DNA from: a virus
Lineage: Duplodnaviria > Caudoviricetes
Direction: 5' to 3' (one strand)
Length of the DNA stretch: 36,888 bases
Virus record (IMG/VR): IMGVR_UViG_3300044698_000184
Location: 1-36,888 of that record
Positions 27,183 through 33,426 of this stretch are shown one piece after another. Numbering within the stretch: the first letter of the stretch is position 1; every line of letters begins with the position of its first letter. A program made the position numbers and the translations under genes. The notes below the pieces were generated by a model. It saw only the letters and a program-made list of their open reading frames with translations. It made no database searches and was not told the origin of the DNA.

Positions 27183-27923
27183 ATGACACGTCGCGCCTAC
27201 GCCCTGCAGCAGCTGCTGTCCGAGGTCAACGCCCGGTTCCCCCTGCGGGACACGTCGACAGATGGGTGGGTGGGAGACTCGGCCCATCAGGCCCGGCCGT
27301 CCGACCACAACCCCAACGGCGCCGGGGTGGTCTGCGCGCAGGACTTCGACGAGGACGCCAAGGACGGCCCCGAACTGGTCGGCCGCGCCCTGTGGACGTT
27401 CCTGCTCGACCGTCGGGACCGCCGGGTCGGCTACGCGATCTACGAAGGCCAGATGGTCCGCGACTACGACAAGCCCGGCATTCCCGCCTGGACGGTCGCC
27501 CCCTACACCGGGAGCAACGGCCACTTCGGACATCTGCACCTGTCCGTCGACCAGGACCCTGCCCTGTACGACGACCCGAGCCCGTGGGGGTTCGACAGCT
27601 GGATGGAGGACCCGATGAACGTAATCCGGATCGTGGACGGCCAGTTCTCTGACCGGTTCGGGACGGCCTGGGCGATCGCCCGGACCCGGTTCCCGAGACC
27701 CGACGGCGGCAAGACGGTCGCGATCGCCCGCGACGGCTCCCCCGACGCACAGTTGGGGGTGTCCCTCGGGTATCCGTTGCTGCTGGTCACCAAGGACTCG
27801 GTGCCCGGCGGGACTGCCGCGGCGCTGAAGTTCTACAACGTCGAGACGATCCTGGTCCTCGGCGGCGAACAGTCGGTGCCCAAGTCCGTGGTGGACCGGG
27901 CGGCCGAGATCGCCGCAGGGTGA
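27183..27923 (+). CDS. endolysin: N-terminal Zn-peptidase-like domain plus cell wall binding repeat 2 (CWB2)-like module
   Basis: DGWVGD.AH..RPSDHNP...V.AQD...H.GHLHLS; DRFGTA..IA...PLLLV...ILVLGGEQSV. Confidence 0.85.
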   Translation: MTRRAYALQQLLSEVNARFPLRDTSTDGWVGDSAHQARPSDHNPNGAGVVCAQDFDEDAKDGPELVGRALWTFLLDRRDRRVGYAIYEGQMVRDYDKPGIPAWTVAPYTGSNGHFGHLHLSVDQDPALYDDPSPWGFDSWMEDPMNVIRIVDGQFSDRFGTAWAIARTRFPRPDGGKTVAIARDGSPDAQLGVSLGYPLLLVTKDSVPGGTAAALKFYNVETILVLGGEQSVPKSVVDRAAEIAAG

Positions 27924-28000
27924 ACCCCGAACAAGTCGGGCTGGCGATCCTGGCCGGGTTGGCGTTGCTGGCCCTGGCCGGACTGCTGTTCCGCAAGTGA
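27920..28000 (+). CDS. 26-aa single-TM micropeptide
   Basis: GTGA overlap with the endolysin stop; NPEQVGLAILAGLALLALAGLLFRK. Confidence 0.55.
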   Translation: MNPEQVGLAILAGLALLALAGLLFRK

Positions 28001-28007
28001 GGACCCC

Positions 28008-28124
28008 ATGCTCCTGACCATCTCGGCTGCCGCTCTCGCCGCCTTGTGGCTGGTGCGCGGCTGGATCTGGCGGGGCGTCACCCGCCTGCTGGTCGTGCGC
28101 TCGGGACGAAGGATGCTGCCATGA
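28008..28124 (+). CDS. 38-aa membrane micropeptide
   Basis: GAGGA RBS; MLLTISAAALAALWLVRGWIW...; ATGA overlap with the next gene. Confidence 0.55.
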   Translation: MLLTISAAALAALWLVRGWIWRGVTRLLVVRSGRRMLP

Positions 28125-28339
28125 CCTGCCACGGGTGCGGACAGTCCCACTGGCAGTGGTGCTCAGAATGCGGGGACCGACGGTGTCTGCGCCGCCGGTG
28201 TGCCGACTGCGGCCGTGAGCAGTGGATGCTGCTCGAGGAGCTCGCCGCCCGCAACCGCGACGGCGACCTGGCCGGAGCACGGTTAGCGTCGCGGCATGCG
28301 TTAGAACCCGGCGGAGCGGCAGGCATCGCTCATGACTGA
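28121..28339 (+). CDS. small Cys-rich protein
   Basis: CHGC, CSEC, CADC; GAAGGA RBS. Confidence 0.55.
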   Translation: MTCHGCGQSHWQWCSECGDRRCLRRRCADCGREQWMLLEELAARNRDGDLAGARLASRHALEPGGAAGIAHD

Positions 28340-28672
28340 GGCTGCATCCACGAACTGATCGACTGTGCCCGTTGTCGCGGCGGCGAGCAGACTGCGCGCT
28401 GCGCGCTGTATCTCCTCCGTGGCGATCACCGCGTTGTCGTCGACCTCTTTGAGCTGGTCCCGAATCTCGGCATCGGTCAACACCCCGTCCGCGACATCGC
28501 CCATGACGTTGCGAAAACGCCTGCAGGCCAGCTGCGAGTCGTCGTGTGTGCCGCTACCCGAGCTTGTCGACTCGGTGGAGCTCGTCGCCGACCTGGCCGG
28601 CGTCTGAGGATCACCTCCACACGCGACCAGCATCGACGCAGCCACCACGGCAACAATCGCCTCGCGAATCAT
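28301..28672 (-). CDS. lipoprotein, candidate lysogenic conversion/superinfection-exclusion factor
   Basis: LVAC lipobox, Ser/Thr linker, helical domain with two Cys; downstream of the integrase on the leftward strand. Confidence 0.8.
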   Translation of the reverse strand: MIREAIVAVVAASMLVACGGDPQTPARSATSSTESTSSGSGTHDDSQLACRRFRNVMGDVADGVLTDAEIRDQLKEVDDNAVIATEEIQRAARSLLAAATTGTVDQFVDAASVMSDACRSAGF

Positions 28673-28766
28673 CCCGATCCCCTTTCTGCGGACACCACCT
28701 CGAGCGGGTCCGGCCCCTACGGACTGTAGGTTGCCGCGCTCTGCGGTGTCCCGAGTTTCAGTGGAA

Positions 28767-28794
28767 CGGCCCCGACGCTGGAACGTCGGGGCCG
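28767..28794. terminator. 11-bp stem-loop downstream of the integrase
   Basis: cggccccgacg-ctggaa-cgtcggggccg. Confidence 0.6.
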
Positions 28795-28825
28795 AATCCG
28801 GGGTACTGGGCGTGACACCCCGAAC

Positions 28826-29746
28826 CTACGAAGCCCAATCCAGAGACTCCATCGCAGCCTGCACGTCGTGCTCCCATGTGCGTACGTAGATCATGGTGGT
28901 TCGCGGGTCCCGATGGCCGGTCCATGCCATCGCCACCGGCACACCGTGGGTCTTCGCAACCTTCGACGTGCCCGCGTGCTTCAACTGGTGCGTGGTCAAC
29001 TCGAGCCCCAGGTCGGCAGCAAGGTTGCGCGTCCACGACCAGATCGTCGCCGGGGTCACATGCGGACGTCCGCGGTCGCCCACGAACAGGAACGGTGAGT
29101 GGCACTGTGGCCGCCACACGTCCAGCGCCTCACGCAGCCGAGGATGCACCGGCAGGGTGGCGATGTCGCCGGTCTTGGCGCGCTGCCACGACCACCGGTC
29201 ACCGGCATCCGAGGTCCACGCAGCCCGCGCAATCTCCACACGCCGCTTGGACAGGTACAGCCCGAGCAGGACCGCGACACCTTCACGTTGCCCGTTGAGC
29301 GCCCGCCTGTGCGCTTCTCCTTCGATCTGTGCCGTGTGGTCGTCGGACGGTGCCGACGGCATCGGCTGCGGCTTACGTGGACACCTGACCGCTGTCGTGA
29401 GGTCTTCCCTGTTCGCGAACTGGCACCATCGCCCCAGCGCCGACCGGGCCCCCTTCCTCGACGAATGGGAATACGGGATGGTGTCGTCGGCCCACTGGCG
29501 CACCTGACTCCGTGTGACCGCCTCGGGGATGACCCTGTGCTGGTCGCACCATCGGTGCAACCGGTCGATCCACTTCACATATTCGGTCACGGTGGAGTCG
29601 GCGTAGCCGTGCCCCCACAGGAACGTCTCGAATGGCTCTTGCCCCAAGGATCTACCGCCTTGTCGTGTACTAGGGACGCGACAGATTGCACGAACGGAGG
29701 CGGTGAGTGTTTGCTCAAACGCACGGGTTGCGAGGAGGGCGGTCAT
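28826..29746 (-). CDS. int: tyrosine recombinase/integrase (short, XerC/D-like)
   Basis: SAM-like N-domain; catalytic R (SKRRVEI), K (AKTG), HQLKH, GH..PRTTMIY. Confidence 0.92.
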   Translation of the reverse strand: MTALLATRAFEQTLTASVRAICRVPSTRQGGRSLGQEPFETFLWGHGYADSTVTEYVKWIDRLHRWCDQHRVIPEAVTRSQVRQWADDTIPYSHSSRKGARSALGRWCQFANREDLTTAVRCPRKPQPMPSAPSDDHTAQIEGEAHRRALNGQREGVAVLLGLYLSKRRVEIARAAWTSDAGDRWSWQRAKTGDIATLPVHPRLREALDVWRPQCHSPFLFVGDRGRPHVTPATIWSWTRNLAADLGLELTTHQLKHAGTSKVAKTHGVPVAMAWTGHRDPRTTMIYVRTWEHDVQAAMESLDWAS

Positions 29747-30048
29747 GCGTAGACGCGTGCGCGGAGCCCGAAAGGCAGGCGACTGAGCAACCCCGGATTA
29801 GTGAGGTCGCGCAGAGTATCGACCCACACCTCGTGGAGCACATCGCGGGGTTCGTCCAAGGCCTCGGCGAGTGCGGTGAGTTGAGGTCCCTGGATGTCTC
29901 GGATACCGAGGCCACGTTCCCATCGCGAGATCGTGGTCTGGTGGACGTCGACGATGGTGGCGACGTCCACCGCTGAGAGTCCGAGCTCGATCCGTCTGCC
30001 GCGGATGAACTTGCCGAACGGGGTGTGCGCGGGGGCGAGGGCTGGCAC
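29743..30048 (-). CDS. immunity repressor, XRE-family HTH
   Basis: AGGAG RBS and GTG at 30048; FGKFIRGRRIELGLS..DVA..VDVHQTTISRWERG; divergent from cro. Confidence 0.88.
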   Translation of the reverse strand: MPALAPAHTPFGKFIRGRRIELGLSAVDVATIVDVHQTTISRWERGLGIRDIQGPQLTALAEALDEPRDVLHEVWVDTLRDLTNPGLLSRLPFGLRARVYA

Positions 30049-30063
30049 GGGGCGTCTCCTTCT

Positions 30064-30226
30064 GTAAGCGCGAGGCAAGTATGCGCGTGGAGCGTACAGA
30101 CCGTCAAGTAATGACGTAAGCACATTGCTCCACTTCGTAACTACAGGGCGGTAACTACGCCCATCGGGAACCCGCCCAGAGAAGTATGCACGAAACGCTT
30201 GACGCTGGTAGGCACTTCGTGCTTAC
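30064..30226. promoter_or_regulatory. divergent lysis-lysogeny switch with five GTAWGCRC operator-like boxes and two TTGACG -35 elements
   Basis: Boxes at 30064, 30079, 30116, 30184 (+) and 30219-30226 (-); TTGACG at 30199-30204 (+) and 30102-30107 (-); leftward -10-like CATACT at 30078-30083. Confidence 0.7.
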
Positions 30227-30234
30227 CTCCGAAC

Positions 30235-30495
30235 ATGCCTAGAACAGCCACCAACCCCACCCGCCGTGTCGATCCGATCGCCCGCGCCTGGGGCGACGAA
30301 ATCAAGATCCGTCGGCGGGACGCCTACACGCAGGCCGAACTCGCCTTCGAGTGCGGCGTCCACCAGACCACGATCAGCCAGGTCGAACGGGGCGTGCTGA
30401 TCCCATCCCCACGCCTTCAGCGTCAGCTGTGCAGGGTGCTCGGGCTCGACCCGCACACCGTCTACCGGCTCGTCCGCGGAACGGACGCCGCGTGA
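30235..30495 (+). CDS. Cro-like XRE HTH protein (probably leaderless mRNA)
   Basis: YTQAELAFECGVHQTTISQVERG; no RBS, ATG about 30 nt after the -35. Confidence 0.88.
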   Translation: MPRTATNPTRRVDPIARAWGDEIKIRRRDAYTQAELAFECGVHQTTISQVERGVLIPSPRLQRQLCRVLGLDPHTVYRLVRGTDAA

Positions 30496-30529
30496 ACGGC
30501 AGCCGACCGGGAGCAGGTCGCATGAGTTG

Positions 30530-30583
30530 GTCAGGGCTGGGCTCGGACCGGCAAGGCTCGTCATGGCATGGCTTGGCTGGCGC
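30530..30583 (+). repeat. upstream phased GGC-NN pentamer array (putative guide RNA unit)
   Basis: gtcAG ggcTG ggcTC ggaCC ggcAA ggcTC gtcAT ggcAT ggcTT ggct ggcgc. Confidence 0.85.
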
Positions 30584-30605
30584 ACACGAATCGTCTGTAA
30601 CGAAG

Positions 30606-30635
30606 TCCATCCCGACCGGTCCGGGTCGGGATGGA
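30606..30635 (+). other. perfect 12-bp stem-loop between the upstream array and the RAMP-like gene
   Basis: tccatcccgacc-ggtccg-ggtcgggatgga. Confidence 0.8.
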
Positions 30636-30669
30636 AGGCCATACCCCCAACAGTGAGAAGGAGTACGAC

Positions 30670-31287
30670 ATGGCCAACGATACCGCACAGGTCCACATCG
30701 ACCGCATACCCGCGGAGACCATCCGTGTCCCGCTCGTCGGCACGTCCCCGCTGATCGTCCACCGGTTTTCCGAGAAGGCGAAGCGGCAGATGCTCGACGC
30801 GATGCAAGGCCGCAAGTCACCGAAGCAGGCCAAGGACCCGGAGGCCGAGTACGAGGCGTCGTTCTACCGCCTGAAGGACGGCACGTTCGGGTTCCCGACC
30901 ATCGCCTTCAAGGCCGCGACCGTCGGGGCAGCCAGGTTCTACGCGCAGTTGACGATGACGTCGTTGAAGCAGTCCATGTTCTTCCGTGGCGAGCCGGGCG
31001 AGGACGGCCAGCAGTTGTGCAGGATCGACGGTGAACCGCGGATGCGTGAGGACGCCGTCCGGGTCGGTCGTGGCGGGTCGGACCTGCGCTACCGCGGCGA
31101 GTTCTTGGAGTGGTCTACCTACGTGGACGTGACCTACGTGACGTCGGCGCTGACCCGCGAGTCGGTCCTGTCGCTGATCGACGCGGGCGGGATGGGTGTC
31201 GGAATCGGTGAGTGGCGTCCAGAGAAGGACGGCGACTTCGGCACGTACCGCATCGACCCGACCCGGGAAGTGGAGGTGCTGGCATGA
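30670..31287 (+). CDS. standalone RAMP/Cas7-like RNA-binding protein (205 aa)
   Basis: GAAGGAG RBS. IRVPLVGTSPLIVH (beta1), GFPTIAFKAA (like IPxSxxKG) and C-terminal Gly-rich loop GVGIGEWRPEKDGDFGTY match the RAMP motif order. No other cas genes are present. Confidence 0.75.
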   Translation: MANDTAQVHIDRIPAETIRVPLVGTSPLIVHRFSEKAKRQMLDAMQGRKSPKQAKDPEAEYEASFYRLKDGTFGFPTIAFKAATVGAARFYAQLTMTSLKQSMFFRGEPGEDGQQLCRIDGEPRMREDAVRVGRGGSDLRYRGEFLEWSTYVDVTYVTSALTRESVLSLIDAGGMGVGIGEWRPEKDGDFGTYRIDPTREVEVLA

Positions 31288-31700
31288 CGTTGCGGGAACA
31301 GCTGCAGGCGATTTACGACGAGCACGGCCGGCTGACCGCAGGCCTGGTCGTGGACGCGTCGAAGGCGAAGTCCCATCCGCTGCATGCCCGGTACTGGTCG
31401 CTGGCGGACCGTGAGGCCGCGTACGAGTACCGGAAGGTGCTGGCCGCGAAGGACATCCGGTCGGTCACGGTCGTCTATCGGGAGGCCGACGAGAGCTCAC
31501 CAGCCGAACACGTGCGGGCGTTCCACGCGGTGCGCGACGAGGAGGGTGAGTACTCCTACGAGCCGGTCGAGAAGGTCGTGCAGTCCGAGTTCCTCACCAA
31601 GCTCCTGCTCGCAGACATGGAGCGCGAGTGGAAGGCGCTGAAGCGCCGGTACGACACGTTCACCGAGTTCTGGCAGATGGTGAAGTCCGATGTTGCTTGA
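31284..31700 (+). CDS. helical partner protein of the RAMP-like gene (138 aa)
   Basis: ATGA-coupled; LQAIYDEHGRLTAGLVVDAS....HPLH..Y...D.EAAYEYR...A...IRSV. Confidence 0.8.
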   Translation: MTLREQLQAIYDEHGRLTAGLVVDASKAKSHPLHARYWSLADREAAYEYRKVLAAKDIRSVTVVYREADESSPAEHVRAFHAVRDEEGEYSYEPVEKVVQSEFLTKLLLADMEREWKALKRRYDTFTEFWQMVKSDVA

Positions 31701-31712
31701 ACAGCGGAGTGA

Positions 31713-31913
31713 GGCAGGCGTGGCAGGGCAGGGCGCGGCAAGTCCGCACCCGGCGCGGCAAGGTCCGTCAGGGCAGGCACGGTTCCGCACGGCTCGGAAT
31801 GGCCGATCTGGGCTGGGCGGGGCGTGGCTAGTCGTGGCTTGGCACGGTGAGGCAGGCGTGTCTTGGCTCGGCTCGGCACGGCAGGGTGCGACCTGGCATG
31901 GCTTGGCAGGTGA
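31713..31913 (+). ncRNA. downstream phased GG(C/T)-NN pentamer array, three units split by GGCA tetramers (putative guide RNA array)
   Basis: 36 pentamers (11+15+10), 27 starting GGY; GGCA at 31713, 31772, 31851, 31905. The repeat is directly visible; RNA status is inferred. Confidence 0.75.
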
Positions 31914-31916
31914 CTC

Positions 31917-32462
31917 GTGAAGTCGCCCCGAACCGCCCCGCACCCGCAATATCCGCATAACTCCAGTTATCCGGAATCCGCGGGGCGCCGGTCGGGCCGG
32001 GCCCGGCTGCTCGCCGCAGCCGCCCTGCTGGCCTCCACCGTGCCCGCGGCACCCACCCCCTCGACCCCGGCCGCGGCTCACCATCACGTGTCGCGGCCGC
32101 GGCCGCCGGCACCCGCGGCGGGTGTCCATCCCGTCGCCACCGCGCTTGCCGGCGCGGCGCCGGCCGAGCCGAAGGCCGCCACGTGCGTCTCCTCGTGGTA
32201 CGGAGAGGCGCACCGTGGCCGGCCCACCGCGTCCGGCGTCCCGTTCGACCCTGACGCGTTGACCGCCGCGTCATGGAACCACGACTTCGGCACCCGGCTG
32301 GCTGTCACACACGGGACCCACACCGTGGTCGTGACCGTCAACGACCGTGGCCCTGCCCGGGCCCTGAACCGCTGCGTGGACCTGTCCGCCGCAGCGTTCG
32401 CCCGGCTCGCCGACCTCGACGCCGGCCTGATCGACGTGACCGTCGAGGAGGTCGCCCCGTGA
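31917..32462 (+). CDS. RlpA-like (DPBB) secreted lytic transglycosylase
   Basis: SWYG...GRPTASG..FDPDALTAAS...FGTRL.VT...VVVTVNDRGP...VDLS.AAF. Confidence 0.9.
   Translation: MKSPRTAPHPQYPHNSSYPESAGRRSGRARLLAAAALLASTVPAAPTPSTPAAAHHHVSRPRPPAPAAGVHPVATALAGAAPAEPKAATCVSSWYGEAHRGRPTASGVPFDPDALTAASWNHDFGTRLAVTHGTHTVVVTVNDRGPARALNRCVDLSAAAFARLADLDAGLIDVTVEEVAP
31950..31977. other. dif-like 11-6-11 tyrosine-recombinase core site
   Basis: tatccgcataa-ctccag-ttatccggaat. Confidence 0.45.
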
Positions 32463-32611
32463 ACGACCTCACCATGCATGCGGTGCTGCTGCTCGTCGTC
32501 GGGATCATGCTGGTCGCCGTCGGCGTCCTCGCCTGGCGTGACACCCGCTACGGCGGGGCGCTGCTCGGCTGCCTCGGCGTTCTCGCGCTCGCCCAGGCGG
32601 TGCTGGCATGA
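32459..32611 (+). CDS. small 2-TM protein
   Basis: GTGA/ATGA overlaps; hydrophobic. Confidence 0.65.
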   Translation: MNDLTMHAVLLLVVGIMLVAVGVLAWRDTRYGGALLGCLGVLALAQAVLA

Positions 32612-32931
32612 GCCTGCAGTGGGCCGACGAAGACCAGCCGGCGCCCGCGGTGTTCCAACTGCCGTCGACGCCTGCCAGCGTCCTGGCGTTTCGCCGCACC
32701 GCGGGCGCCGCACGTTCGACGCTGCTTCGCCGCGTCCTCCGATCCGGTCAGGTGAAGGCCTGGGGAAGCCGGGCCGGAGGGCGTGACGTGGCCGTGCCGG
32801 ACCCGGCGTACCCCTCGTCGGTGGGAACCGTGGCCGTCCATCCCCAGGACGGTCGCTCCCGGCCCGCGTCGGCTGCCCCGCCTGACGCGGCTTGTCGTCC
32901 GGGGGCTCCCACCCGGCACGGCCGAACCTAG
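32608..32931 (+). CDS. hypothetical protein
   Basis: ATGA overlap; low-complexity C-terminus, uncertain. Confidence 0.4.
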   Translation: MSLQWADEDQPAPAVFQLPSTPASVLAFRRTAGAARSTLLRRVLRSGQVKAWGSRAGGRDVAVPDPAYPSSVGTVAVHPQDGRSRPASAAPPDAACRPGAPTRHGRT

Positions 32932-32992
32932 AAGGAAACGCCCCGCCGTGACCGCTTGATCGGCGGAAGTCACGACGGGGCCCGAGAGAAGG

Positions 32993-33226
32993 ATGGTACT
33001 GATGGGCCGCGACGTCCAGACGATCTACGTGTACTCGTGCGATTCGCCGCCGGCCTGCGGCGACGTCATGCGGATCCCCAAGGGCGCCGAGGTGCTCGAC
33101 CGTGGCATGACCCACGTCCCGGTTGCCTCGGCCGTCGACGCCGACGAGGTCGCCCAAGCACACGGCTGGTACTTCCGGGGCGGACGGGCCATCTGCCCCC
33201 GCCACGTCATGGAAGGCGGCCGATGA
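32993..33226 (+). CDS. small Cys/His protein
   Basis: SCD...CG...HGW......ICPRH. Confidence 0.65.
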   Translation: MVLMGRDVQTIYVYSCDSPPACGDVMRIPKGAEVLDRGMTHVPVASAVDADEVAQAHGWYFRGGRAICPRHVMEGGR

Positions 33227-33426
33227 TGGAACCGTTCCAGATCACCACCTTCGACCTGCTGTTCCTCCTGGCCGCCGGCGTGACCATCGGGGCGCTCCTC
33301 GGGGCATGGGCGACCATCGAGGCGCTCCGTGCCGGCGACCGGATCGTCAACAGCCGCAGGCAGCTGCTCACCGTCGCCGACCAACCCGACGGGGCGCCCC
33401 GTCCACACCTCGAGGTGGCGTCGTGA
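33223..33426 (+). CDS. small membrane protein
   Basis: ATGA overlap; one TM. Confidence 0.65.
   Translation: MMEPFQITTFDLLFLLAAGVTIGALLGAWATIEALRAGDRIVNSRRQLLTVADQPDGAPRPHLEVAS

Noticed and set aside
28673-28825. tRNA-derived attP next to the integrase; tRNA genes generally
   Set aside because: No T-loop (GTTCRA) or cloverleaf-like segment was recognised here or elsewhere; only a hairpin is visible.
31713-31913. Canonical CRISPR array or simple microsatellite
   Set aside because: There are no 25-40-bp repeats with unique spacers. NN positions are too diverse and the punctuation too regular for slippage-derived repeats.
31690-31920. 76-aa ORF and other overlapping ORFs across the downstream pentamer array (also 30527-30754 upstream)
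   Set aside because: Low-complexity G/A/R/W translations are a by-product of 5-nt periodicity. The period is not a multiple of 3, and tetramers shift the phase.
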